Positions 50,763 to 62,284 of a DNA stretch of 64,000 bases are shown one piece after another. The first letter of the stretch is position 1, and each line of letters starts with the position of its first letter. The notes under the pieces were generated by a model. It was given only the letters and a program-made list of their open reading frames with translations, ran no database searches and was not told the origin of the DNA. The translations under genes and the position numbers were made by a program. This stretch comes from Eledone cirrhosa (taxonomy: Eukaryota): the NCBI GenBank assembly GCA_964016885.1, contig OZ024754.1, positions 39,990,001 through 40,054,000 of the forward strand, read 5' to 3'.

Positions 50763-53700
50763 CAGGAGTGTGTAACAGGCGACCCACGGGCCACAATCTG
50801 GCCCACCAGACCAGTCAGAGCGGCGGCCCACAGATTGTTTTTAATTTTTACCTTGTAAGCTTATTTAGAATTTTTTTTGTAAGCGTAATACAATTTCCTG
50901 TTAGTTGACCTATACTAAAGGGCTTCACTGATAGGGTTATGTGTGTTATAAACTCCCAGTTGACCTATACTAAAGGGCTTCACTGATAGGGTTATGTGTG
51001 TTATAAACTCCCAGTTGACCTATACTAAAGGGCTTCACTGATAGGGTTATGTGTGTTATAAACTCCAAGTTGACCTATACTAAAGGGCTTCACTGATAGG
51101 GTTATGTGTGTTATAAACTCCAAGTTGACCTATACTAAAGGGCTTCACTGATAGGGTTATGTGTGTTATAAACTCCAAGTTGACCTATACTAAAGGGCTT
51201 CACTGATAGGGTTATGTGTGTTATAAACTCCAAGTTGACCTATACTAAAGGGCTTCACTGATAGGGTTATGTGTGTTATAAACTCCAAGTTGACCTATAC
51301 TAAAGGGCTTCACTGATAGGGTTATGTGTGTTATAAACTCCAAGTTGACCTATACTAAAGGGCTTCACTGATAGGGTTATGTGTGTTATAAACTCCCAGT
51401 TGACCTATACTAAAGGGTTTCACTGATAGGGTTATGTGTGTTATAAACTCCCAGTGGACCTATACTAAAGGGCTTCACTGATAGGGTTATGTGTGTTATA
51501 AACTCCCAGTGGACCTATACTAAAGAGCTTCACTGATAGGGTTATGTGTTATAAACTCCCAGTTGACCTATACTAAAGGGCTTCACTGATAGGGTTATGT
51601 GTGTTATAAACTCCCAGTTGACCTATACTAAAGGGCTTCACTGATAGGGTTATGTGTTATAAACTCCCAGTTGACCTATACTAAAGGGCTTCACTGATAG
51701 GGTTATGTGTTATAAACTCCCAGTTGACCTATACTAAAGGGCTTCACTGATAGGGTTATGTGTGTTATAAACTCCCAGTTGACCTATACTAAAGGGCTTC
51801 ACTGATAGGGTTATGTGTGTTATAATGTCCCAGTTGACCTATACTAAAGGGTTTCACTGATAGGGTTATGTGTGTTATAAACTCCCAGTTGACCTATACT
51901 AAAGGGTTTCACTGATAGGGTTATGTGTGTTATAAACTTCCAGTTGACCTATACTAAAGGGCTTCACTGATAGGGTTATGTGTGTTATAAACTTCCAGTT
52001 GACCTATACTAAAGGGTTTCACTGATAGGGTTATGGGTGTTATAAACTTCCAGTTGACCTACTATACTAAAGGGTTTCACTGATAGGGTTATGTGTGTTA
52101 TAATGTCCCAGTTGACCTATACTAAAGGGCTTCACTGATAGGGTTATGGGTGTTATAAACTTCCAGTTGACCTATACTAAAGGGCTTCACTGATAGGGTT
52201 ATGTGTGTTATAAACTTCCAGTTGACCTATACTAAAGGGCTTCACTGATAGGGTTACGTGTGTTATAAACTCCCAGTTGACCTATACTAAAGGGCTTCAC
52301 TGATAGGGTTATGGGTGTTATAAACTTCCAGTTGACCTATACTAAAGGGCTTCACTGATAGGGTTATGTGTGTTATAAACTCCCAGTTGACCTACTATAC
52401 TAAAGGGCTTCACTGATAGGGTTATGTGTGTTATAAACTCCCAGTTGACCTATACTAAAGGGCTTCACTGATAGGGTTATGTGTGTTATAAACTCCCAGT
52501 TGACCTATACTAAAGGGTTTCACTGATAGGGTAATGTGTGTTATAAACTTCCAGTTGACCTATACTAAAGGGCTTCACTGATAGGGTTATGTGTGTTATA
52601 AACTTCCAGTTGACCTATACTAAAGGGCTTCACTGATAGGGTTATGTGTGTTATAAACTCCCAGTTGACCTATACTAAAGGGCTTCACTGATAGGGTTAT
52701 GTGTGTTATAAACTCCCAGTTGACCTATACTAAAGGGTTTCACTGATAGGGTTATGGGTGTTATAAACTTCCAGTTGACCTATACTAAAGGGTTTCACTG
52801 ATAGGGTTATGTGTGTTATAAACTTCCAGTGGACCTATACTAAAGGGTTTCACTGATAGGGTTATGTGTGTTATAAACTCCCAGTGGACCTATACTAAAG
52901 GGTTTCACTGATAGGGTTATGGGTGTTATAAACTTCCAGTTGACCTATACTAAAGGGTTTCACTGATAGGGTTATGTGTGTTATAAACTCCCAGTTGACC
53001 TATACTAAAGGGCTTCACTGTTAGGGTTATGTGTGTTATAATGTCCCAGTTGACCTATACTAAAGGGTTTCACTGATAGGGTTATGTGTGTTATAAACTC
53101 CCAGTGGACCTATACTAAAGGGCTTCACTGATAGGGTTATGTGTGTTATAAACTCCCAGTTGACCTATACTAAAGGGCTTCACTGATAGGGTTATGTGTG
53201 TTATAAACTCCCAGTTGACCTATACTAAAGGGCTTCACTGATAGGGTTATGTGTGTTATAAACTCCCAGTTGACCTATACTAAAGGGTTTCACTGATAGG
53301 GTTATGTGTGTTATAAACTCCCAGTTGACCTATACTAAAGGGTTTCACTGATAGGGTTACGTGTGTTATAAACTCCCAGTTGACCTATACTAAAGGGTTT
53401 CACTGATAGGGTTATGGGTGTTATAAACTCCCAGTTGACCTATACTAAAGGGTTTCACTGATAGGGTTATGGGTGTTATAAAGTCCCAGTTGACCTATAC
53501 TAAAGGGCTTCACTGATAGGGTTATGTGTTATAAACTCCCAGTTGACCTATACTAAAGGGCTTCACTGATAGGGTTATGGGTGTTATAAACTCCCAGTTG
53601 ACCTACTATACTAAAGGGCTTCACTGATAGGGTTATGTGTTATAAACTCCCAGTTGACCTATACTAAAGGGCTTCACTGATAGGGTTATGTGTGTTATAA

Positions 53701-54218
53701 TGTCCCAGTTGACCTATATTAAAGGGCTTCACTGATGAGGTTATGTGTGTTATAAACTTCCAGTTGACCTATATTAAAGGACTTCACTGATAGGGTTATG
53801 TGTGTTATAATTTCCCAGTTGACCTATACTAAAGGACTTCACTGATAGGGTTATGTGTGTTATAAACTCCCAGTTGACCTATATTAAAGGGTTTCACTGA
53901 TAGGGTTATGTGTGTTATAAACTCCCAGTTGACCTATACTAAAGGACTTCACTGATAGGGTTATGTGTGTTATAAACTCCCAGTTGACCTATACTAAAGG
54001 ACTTCACTGATAGGGTTATGTGTGTTATAAACTCCCAGTTGACCTATACTAAAGGGCTTCACTGATAGGGTTAGGGTGTTATAATTTCCCAGTTCCATGA
54101 TATGGAGGAAAGAAGTTGTGGTGAATCTTTGGAATAGTGCTTAACAAATATTAATGGCCCTAATAGTTGTTCCAATGTTCAAAAGTGGCCTGCCAATAGA
54201 ATACATTGCACACCGCTG
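50763..54218. mobile_element. hAT (Charlie-like) MITE hosting the 55-bp array
   Basis: Imperfect TIR caggagtgtgtaa/ttgcacaccgctg; subterminal gacccacgggcc...tggccc motifs; TSD not clean. Confidence 0.6.
50903..54093 (+). repeat. 55-bp tandem array (~58 copies), intronic, inside a hAT-like MITE
   Basis: Unit agttgacctatactaaagggcttcactgatagggttatgtgtgttataaactccc. Confidence 0.95.
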
Positions 54219-54469
54219 GACTATATGTTGTCTTACAACCTTCCCATCATGCAATTCTCCCACCTAACCGTTGAAGTGGTCAGTTCACTTCATTTTGTCC
54301 GTCATTTCATATATATGGTACTTTATTTTATCAACCCCGTAAGGATGAAAGGCAAAAATTAACCCCGGCGGGATTTGAACTCAGATCGTAAAGGGCCGAA
54401 ACTCTGTGCTGCAAAGCATGGCGTCCGACCCTCTACCGATACATGTATATAAACCATTATGTATATATA

Positions 54470-54697
54470 GGGCGGTGGATTGGCAGTATCGGTAGAGGGT
54501 CGGACGCCATGCTTTGCAGCACAGAGTTTCGGCCCTTTACGATCTGAGTTCAAATCCCGCCGGGGTTAATTTTTGCCTTTCATCCTTATGGGGGTTGATA
54601 AAATAAAGTACCAGTCACGCACTGGGGTCAATTTAATCGACTTCCCCCCCCCCTTCCCCAAAATTGCTGGCCTTGTGCCTATATAAGAAACCATTAT
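54470..54697 (+). mobile_element. Full-length family A SINE preceded by an inverted partial copy (54316-54442)
   Basis: ggcggtggattggcagtatcggtagag head, B-box, Meta-like core, tail. Confidence 0.88.
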
Positions 54698-54926
54698 TTT
54701 AAAAGGTATGTGATTTGGTAACTATTTCTAGCAGGTTTAATGATTACATAGAAGCTCCCTCATTGGCTCATGTGTGTGCCCTTGTAAGGGGAGGTTTATC
54801 AATTCTGCTCCAGTGCACTCTAACAATAAATTATAGCAAAACATTTAAATTTGAAGATCCAAACAACCCCTGTAGTTGTCACTGATGAATCTAGTACTGA
54901 GAGCATACGTGAAAATATAAACTTAC

Positions 54927-55220
54927 TTGTTCTACACATAAAACAGATGAAAGTAAATGCCAGGAGTAGAGCAATAGAACTGCCAAGAGCTGCCCACATG
55001 ATAGTCTGGGTTTTATTTTTAACATCCACATTTTTTTCAAGTTGGGTGGCTGTCATAGATGCTACCCTAGAGCTACTTTCTACAGGGCTGGTTTCAGTCG
55101 CTTTTTGAGTACTTATGCCAGTTGTAGTTATCTTTGCAGTACTTGAAGTAGTTGAAGTAGATTTCGAAGGTTCTTTTGTCACACTTCTAATCACAGTTGG
55201 TGATTTGCATTCTGTATTAT
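54927..55220 (-). CDS. IL17R: IL-17 receptor-like gene, Ser/Thr-rich stalk plus transmembrane exon
   Basis: ctcctccag|AT...ACA A|gtaagt. Encodes NTECKSPTVIRSVTKEPSKSTSTTSST...IMWAALGSSIALLLAFTFICFMCRT. Phase 1/1 joins both neighbours in frame. Confidence 0.85.
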
Positions 55221-55369
55221 CTGGAGGAGAAACAAAAGATGGAAATATATTTGGGTAATAAAAAGGGTATTTTTTCTGACTTGAATTATTATTTATATAT
55301 CTTTAATTCCTAGATTTTTTTTTTTTCATCTTTTTAGGAGTTTTGTTGAGATAATGTTTCAATTTCATT

Positions 55370-55560
55370 GGTGGATTGGCAGTATCGGTAGAGGGTCGGA
55401 CACCATGCTTTGCAGCATAGAGTTACGGCTCTTTACAGTCTGAGTTCAAATCCTGCCAAGGTTAACTTTGCCTTTCATCCTTACGGGGTCGATAAAGTAA
55501 AGTACCAGTAATACACTGGGATAATTGCTGGCCTTGTGCCAAAAGTAGAAACAATTATTA
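55370..55560 (+). mobile_element. Family A SINE
   Basis: Same motifs. Confidence 0.85.
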
Positions 55561-55589
55561 TGATTTCGCACAAATAAATTGGAATAGCT

Positions 55590-56045
55590 GTCCTTGAGTT
55601 CGAGTCACAACTAGTTTCCTTTGAGTTGAAGGATCTTTCTCATGATTCTTGCTGTACCCAATACGTCAGACTTTTGCAACATTTGTTGTCACTCCTAAGT
55701 CTTTCAGGGACCTTTCTATTTTGTTGGTAATAGTCTCTAATATACTGCTAACAATGGGCATTACTTTTGCAAAGACATTACACAATCTCTTTATCTCCTT
55801 AATAAGATCCAGGTAATGGTCCTTAATAAGATCCAGCTAAAGGTCCTTAATAAGATCCAGCTAAAGGTCCTTAATAAGATCCAGCTAAAGGTCCTTAATA
55901 AGATCCAGCTAAAGGTCCTTAATAAGATCCAGGTAATTTTCAATCTTTTCCTGTTCCTTGTTGGTCATGTCAGCAGGAACTGCTATATAAACAGTCTATA
56001 ATAACTATGTCAGGCATTCTAACTTGTATTTCATGGTCTGACATG
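55590..56045 (-). mobile_element. Degenerate R4/Dong-like non-LTR element, restriction-like endonuclease C-terminus
   Basis: Minus strand gives DHEIQVRMPDIVI..IAVPAD..NKEQEKIENYLDL..KEIKRL and LQKSDVLGTARIMRKILQL. Confidence 0.75.
55797..55935 (+). repeat. 21-bp tandem array (~6 copies) within the R4/Dong-like fragment
   Basis: Unit ccttaataagatccagctaaaggt-like. Confidence 0.9.
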
Positions 56046-56547
56046 TGAAATCCCACACTACTTTCAACCAGTCTTTCTCAACAACACTATTTGCTGTTAA
56101 CTTCAAATCTTCAATAGCCCATTAGCATTTACATTATTCTATATTTACTACTGTATTTTTACAGTAAACACTTTATTTCACATAATTATCCCACACAATA
56201 TCAAATCTACGAGATTTTGAGATTATTTGAGAACAATACCTTGACCCTTTAGTATTCACATTACTCTATATATACTATTTTATTTTTATGTTAAAGTCTT
56301 TATCTCACATAATCATCTCACATAATATCGAATCTATGAGATTTTGAAAGTATCTATTTTGAGAACAATACCTTAACATCAGTATGAGTGGTCGGTTACA
56401 ACTGGTTTGACCAGAAAGCGGTGAGAGAATTCTGGCCGGATACGACCGGTTTAAATGCTAAAGGGTTAACACACTATGTCCCGGTGTTGAGCCTGAGCTG
56501 GATTTAGGATCAACTAAGGTTAAACAACAACAACAACTATAATTTAC

Positions 56548-56662
56548 CTCCTGTCCCAAAAGTTTCCTCCTTTATGGTTTTTTGACAGCCACGACAGCGA
56601 CCATAGCTCATATAACACAGGCACTTTCCTTTCACTGATGGGTAGGGGTCTACCGGTTTCAC
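56548..56662 (-). CDS. IL17R: IL-17 receptor-like gene, Cys-rich ectodomain exon (possible in-frame upstream acceptor at 56812)
   Basis: atgttccag|GTG AAA CCG...GGA G|gtaaat. Encodes VKPVDPYPSVKGKCLCYMSYGRCRGCQKTIKEETFGTG; phase 0/1. Confidence 0.75.
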
Positions 56663-57078
56663 CTGGAACATATAGAGATATAGCTGCATTAATAGAGGCT
56701 GTGGTGGGGTTATAGAGATTTCCCCAGGGTTAATAGCAGTAATAGAAAAGTTGAGATGAGAGGGGGATGTATCGGTACCAGCTGGAACATATGACACAGC
56801 TGGTATAACAGCCTGTGAAAAAGAGAAGATGGGGGAAATAAGAGTTAGAGGGGGAAGAAAGATGTAGAGAAAGGAGAGTAGTGAGTTAGGGGACAGGAAT
56901 AGGATAAAAAAATTAGAGGGTTAGTGGGAGGAGGAGGAAGGGGAGAAGAAAATGTAAAAAGAAAAGTAATTAAATAATTCCTTCTAATATTCACACAAAG
57001 ACAGCAGGGGAAAGTCAATCATATCAACCCCAGAAGGATATATATGAGATATATATGAGATATATATGAGATATATAT

Positions 57079-57113
<35 letters not shown>

Positions 57114-57240
57114 AAAGTTATATTTAAATTGTTGGGTTACAACTAGTAAATATTTATAACTGATATAAAAGCACTCAACAAGTATTTGGAGTATATATAC
57201 GATATTAAATAAATGGAAACTATATTTATAAAACCATATT

Positions 57241-57306
57241 TATTTCATTATATATATTTCAGGGATATCATATTAACAATATGTTATGCCTTCCTCAGAC
57301 AAAATA
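57241..57306 (-). ncRNA. Hammerhead ribozyme (family E), intronic and sense to the IL17R-like gene
   Basis: TATTTTGT-CTGAGGA-AGG..CATATT(gtt)AATATG..CCT-GAAA-TATATAT-A-ATGAAATA. Confidence 0.7.
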
Positions 57307-57819
57307 CAATATAAACAGTTTTATAGATAAATAGATTTGACATACCGTTCAACATCGACTTGTATTTGAAAAGTTGATTTGGCAGTGAAAAATTGTAAAC
57401 AGAAAGAAAGAAGGAAAGAAAGAAAACGAAGAAAAAGAAGAAATGCATGCAACTAAATAGAGAGATGGAAAGATAGATAAAGAGAAGAACTTCATGTAAA
57501 GAAACAGAGAGAGATATATAGAGAGAGGAAATAGATAGAGATAGATATATATAGAGAAAAGTAGGTAGTTGAACATCCGTTGAATGACGTATCAATGATA
57601 CATTTATTTATTTATTTATTTATTTAGCTCTAGTATTAATGTAAGGGAGATATATGTGGTTAGGAGAGAAACCAGCCGTTATATAGAGAGAAAAATGAAA
57701 AGTAACCAGACATAGGCGAGGCAGAATTTAAAAACCCTATGTTTCAATGTAGAAATATTAGTTCGTATAAAAACCAGGCACTATAATGTAAATATATATA
57801 TATATTGTATATATGAAAT

Positions 57820-58080
57820 ATCATCATCATCATCATTTTACGTCTGCTTCTCCTTGCTTGCAAGGGTGGGACGGGTCCTATTCAGCATCTCTCCACTTGT
57901 CACGGTCCTTCGTCATCTCCTCCGTGAGCTTCAGCACCCATGTTTTTCGTGGTCTTCCTCTACTGCGTCTTCCTTCCACTGGGATTTCTTGGCACATCTT
58001 TACCCAGCGGTCATGCGGACATGTGCATCACATGTCCATACCATCTCAGCATTCTCTCCTGCACACCACAACTTATCCCT
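57820..58080 (-). mobile_element. Degenerate 3' end of the same RTE family
   Basis: Clear similarity to 22030-22325, with (CAT)n tail and small deletions. Confidence 0.85.
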
Positions 58081-58328
58081 CTTATTTTTTTCATCTTTTT
58101 AGGCGCCTAGACATCCACTTTACAGTGTGGGCTGGGTGCTTTTTTTGCCGTGGCACCTCCACGACCACTTTGCAGTGAAATGATAGGGACCCCAGTCCTA
58201 TCATCTTATTTCTACAACTGAATAAATTGGAGCAATGTGAAATAAAGTGTCTTGCTCAAGGAAATAACACATCACCCGGTCCGAGAATTGAACTTACAAT
58301 CTGAGAATTAAACTCAATATATATATAT

Positions 58329-58665
58329 GGAGGCACATGGCTTAGTGGTTAAAGCATTGGCCTTACAATCGAAAGGTTGTGAGTTCAATTCTCAGACCGG
58401 GTGATGTGTTGTTTCCTTGAGCAAGACACTTTATTTCACATTGCTCCAGTTTAGTCAGCTGTAGAAATGAGATGATAGGGACTGGGGTCCTTATCATTCC
58501 ACTGCAAAGTGGTCGTGGAGGTGCCACGGAAAAAAAGCGCCCAGCACTCACTGTAAATGAGGTTGGTGTTAGGAAGGGCATCCAGTTGTAGAAATCAAGC
58601 CAGAATCAGTTCCCGTCCCACCCTTGCAAGCAGGGAAAAGCGGACGTAAAATGAAATGAAATTAA
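58329..58665 (+). mobile_element. tRNA-CORE-Nin-like SINE with RTE-derived tail (family B)
   Basis: A-box tggcttagtgg, B-box gagttcaattc, CORE-like ccttgagcaagacacttta, Nin-like aggaagggcatccag, tail matching RTE 13241-13283. Confidence 0.85.
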
Positions 58666-59167
58666 ATGAATATATATATATATATATACCATATAAGTTA
58701 GTTTGATTAGCAGTGGGTAGAACTGGTGGTTTCTGGTTGGTAAACCATGATGCAACAAATTACTGTATTTCTTGGCGCCAAAGACATTTCATCCTCGAGA
58801 AGTCACCCTAATATTGACAACCAAAAATTTGAAAAAAAATAAACAACCTTCGGCCTCCAGGACGCATGGTAGATTTTTGAGACTTATTTTTGAGACTTAT
58901 TTTTGAGACTTATTTTTGAGACTTATTTTAGGAAAAAAGTAGCGTCTGACTGAGAAATACGGTAATTCAAGTCATCCATTGTAGATGTGGTATCCAGTGG
59001 TTGGTGCAGTAACGGAGTAAAGTATTGATTAAAACAACAGCAGAAGGTCAGACTGAAAGGTGAACCATCCCTTGTTAGCAGGGAAAAATGGAGATTAAAT
59101 GATGAGGATGAAGAAAATGGTGATGTGATGACATAAATATAGAGAAGAGAAATAAAATCATACTCAC

Positions 59168-59215
59168 AGTTATGCTATATTTCCCACTGCAGACATTCCG
59201 GAAGACAACTTTTTT
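59168..59215 (-). CDS. IL17R: IL-17 receptor-like gene, 48-nt ectodomain exon
   Basis: ttcttacag|AAA AAA GTT...ATA ACT|gtgagt. Encodes KKVVFRNVCSGKYSIT (FnIII-like FxNVxxGxYxI); phase 0/0. Confidence 0.75.
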
Positions 59216-59260
59216 CTGTAAGAATATGAAGATGACATTATGCTAACAACATTAATTATA

Positions 59261-59650
59261 CTAGCAGAAAAACCACCCTTCGGGAGGTTTTCTGCTAGCA
59301 TGTGTAGTGTTTATATTGATATTATACGCAGGTATATATACATGTAGATATTATACATCAAATAAAATCGTAATTGACAATATATAATTCATAGAAATTG
59401 AACGAAGACTGCGTTACACTGTCTTATTTAATCAGTAACGTAATCCATGATACATTAAAAAAGACGATATTATATATAACTGCATTAGGAGAAAATTAGT
59501 GACAGAAAATTAATATGTTTATTTAAGCGATGGCCAACCGGAAGTGTTGACATTTCAGAAATTTTAAAGAAGTGAATCTTTAAATAAACAAAATATATAA
59601 ATTAATATATAAATAGATAAATTATGTAATATTCATTCATTATTTATTTA
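59261..59650 (-). mobile_element. Helitron-like non-autonomous element (second copy ~61776-62136)
   Basis: CTAG end with adjacent hairpin ctagcagaaaa...ttttctgctag; ~350 bp shared with the 61.8-kb copy; other boundary uncertain. Confidence 0.5.
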
Positions 59651-59713
59651 AAGTAATCCAACTTATTTTACTAAATGTGTGTGTGTGTGAGTGCAACAAC
59701 CACAACAACTTAC

Positions 59714-59862
59714 CAACTTTGTCTTATTAGACATGTTATAATCATTATTTTTTAATGTAACATTATATGTGTCCAATTTAGTTGCTTGTGGGGCATGAGA
59801 GAACTGAACTGTTAATGTTGAAACAGTTTCATTAAACTCTGTATAGATGATGGATTGCCATA
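59714..59862 (-). CDS. IL17R: IL-17 receptor-like gene, FnIII-like ectodomain exon
   Basis: ttatatttcag|TA TGG...AAG TTG|gtaagt. Encodes WQSIIYTEFNETVSTLTVQFSHAPQATKLDTYNVTLKNNDYNMSNKTKL with several N-glycosylation sequons; phase 1/0. Confidence 0.75.
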
Positions 59863-61071
59863 CTGAAATATAAAGAAAAGATAATACATTTTTTGAGAAA
59901 GAAAAACTAGTTGTCTGCACTGGTAAAACTCATTTAGTCAAGATTACAAAACCAAATTTACAACCAACTTTATAATATTTCAAGCTTATAATATCATCAT
60001 CCTTTAACCCTTTAGCATTTAAACCAGCCATATCCAGCCAGAATTCTCTCATTTCTTTCTGTTCAAACTAAATGATATAAAAATCTCATAGATTCGATAT
60101 TATGTTAGATAATTGTAAGATAAAGCCTTTACCACAAAAATACAATAGTATATATAGAGTAATGTAAATGTTAAAGGGTTTTAAAAATGTACATTACTTT
60201 TAAAATGCATGTATTCGAATATAAACTGACCACCCAACCCCTTTTTATGGCATGTTTTTTTAAATTCTTGTGCGTATGAAATATATTTATAACGTTTTAA
60301 TATTTTGATGTTTAACCCTTTGGCATTCAAACCGGCCATATCCGGCCAGAATTACCTCTTTCTGTTCAATCTGGCCATTAAGGTATTGTTCTCAAAATAA
60401 ATAATATCAAAATCTCATCGATTCAATATTTTGTGAGATAATTATGTAAGATAAAGCCTTGTGAAAATACAATAGTATATATAGAGTAATGTAAATGTTA
60501 TGTGAGATATTATGTGAGATAAAGCCTTTACTGTGAAAATACAATAGTATATATAGAGTAATGAAAATGGTAAAGGGTTAAAATGTTTTAAGTGTTATGT
60601 AATGGAGTTGTGAAACAAAAACTATATTCTACACAATAGTTTTTTATGTAGGCACCAGGCCTGCAATTTTGGGGGGAGGGGAAAGTCGATTAAATCGACC
60701 CCAGTGCGTGACTGGTACTTTATTTTATCAACCCCGTAAAGATGAAAGGCAAAGTTAACTTCGGCGGGATTTGAACTCAGATCATAAAGGGCCATAACTA
60801 TGCTGCAAAGCATTTCATCTGACCCTCTACCGATACTTCCAATCCACATAATTAGTTTCCAATATGTTAAGTTTACTTCGAGCTACTCACATGCTGTTGG
60901 AAATATTTTAAAGGAAATACATAAACAACACTAATAACAACGTAGTAAATGTACAAAAACAGCGTTTCATTGTAAAATAATTGCTACAGATATTTTAGCC
61001 CCTATTTTTACATAGAATTTGAAGTTGGTGAAAAATCGGCAAAATATTGACCTCGAATATAAGCCAACATC

Positions 61072-61468
61072 TCATCATCATCATCATCATCATTTCATTT
61101 TACGTCCACTTTTTCCCTGCTTGCAAGGGTGGGACGGGAACTGATTCTGGCTTGATTTCTACAGCTGGATGCCCTTCCTAACACCAACCTCATTTACAGT
61201 GAGTGCTGGGTGCATTTTTTGCCGTGGCACCTCCACGACCACTTTACAGTGTGGGCTGGGTGCTTTTTTGCCGTGGCACCTCCACGACCACTTTGCAGTG
61301 GAATGATAGGGACCCCAGTCCCTATCATCTCATTTCTACAGCTGAGTAAACTGGAGCAATGTGAAATAAAGTGTCTTGCTCAAGGAAACAACACATCACC
61401 CGGTCTGAGAATTGAACTCACAACCTTTCGATTGCAAGGCCAATGCTCTAACCACTAACATGCCTCCA
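61072..61468 (-). mobile_element. Family B SINE
   Basis: Near-identical to 58329-58665 with a short internal duplication; another partial copy at 58100-58300(-). Confidence 0.85.
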
Positions 61469-62155
61469 TGTTAGCATCAATTTTTTGGTCACATATTCCT
61501 CGGATTATATTTGAGTATATACGGCACTTTTAATCAAAGAATTGTTTTGAAATTAAATAACTGAGAAACACCATCCCACATGAAAGAAAATCAATAGTTA
61601 AGTTAGTGTTTAATATAGTGAATATCGAACTTTGTGGTGAAGAATATCTCATGTTGATGCACAGCCTGCAACTGGTGGAGTTTAGCATCATAAGAAGAAG
61701 ATAGTGAATAATTTAGAGGCTAATTAATATAACTAACGTCACCAACAAAGTTTATGATAATGAGTTTATGATAATAGCCTGTGTAGTGTGCATATTGATA
61801 TTATACGCAAGTATATATACATGTAGATATGATACATCAAATAAAATCCTAATTGACAATATCCACAGAAATTGAACGATGACTGTGTTACACTGTCTTA
61901 TGTAATCAGTAACGTAATCCATGATACATTTAAAAAAAGACGATATTATATATAAACTGCATTAGGAGAAAATTAGTGACGTAAATATATGAATGTTTAT
62001 TTAAGCGATCGCTAACCAGAAGTGTTGACATTTGAAAGTTTTAAAGAAGTGAATCTTTAAATAATCAATAAAATATATTTAATCAACAGCTACGAAAGTT
62101 AGTAGATAAATTATGTAATATTCATTATTTATTTATTCAAAGAAATAAACCGTAC

Positions 62156-62284
62156 GCAGTCCTGCACTCCTTACTTTATTATAGTTCAGATGAGGAAGGA
62201 AGATGTGTTGACATTCTTGTTTGCTGCTAAATTTCAATAATGAAACATATTTCTCTTCACAAAACAATCTCAATGATAATGTAG
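62156..62284 (-). CDS. Candidate upstream ectodomain exon of the IL-17 receptor-like gene
   Basis: ttacatag|CT ACA...CTG C|gtacgg. Open frame TLSLRLFCEEKYVSLLKFSSKQECQHIFLPHLNYNKVRSAGL; phase 1 is compatible with the 59862 exon, but the donor is weak. Confidence 0.4.

Noticed and set aside
50903-54093. CRISPR-like array
   Set aside because: No variable spacers and no cas genes; eukaryotic minisatellite.
58329-58400. tRNA genes (also 6724, 31053, 33324)
   Set aside because: A/B boxes only, continuing into SINE bodies; no proper cloverleaf.
60908-60970. Signal-peptide-like first exon MKRCFCTFTTLLLVLFMYFL
   Set aside because: In-frame TAA precedes the nearby donor, so it cannot join the downstream exons.
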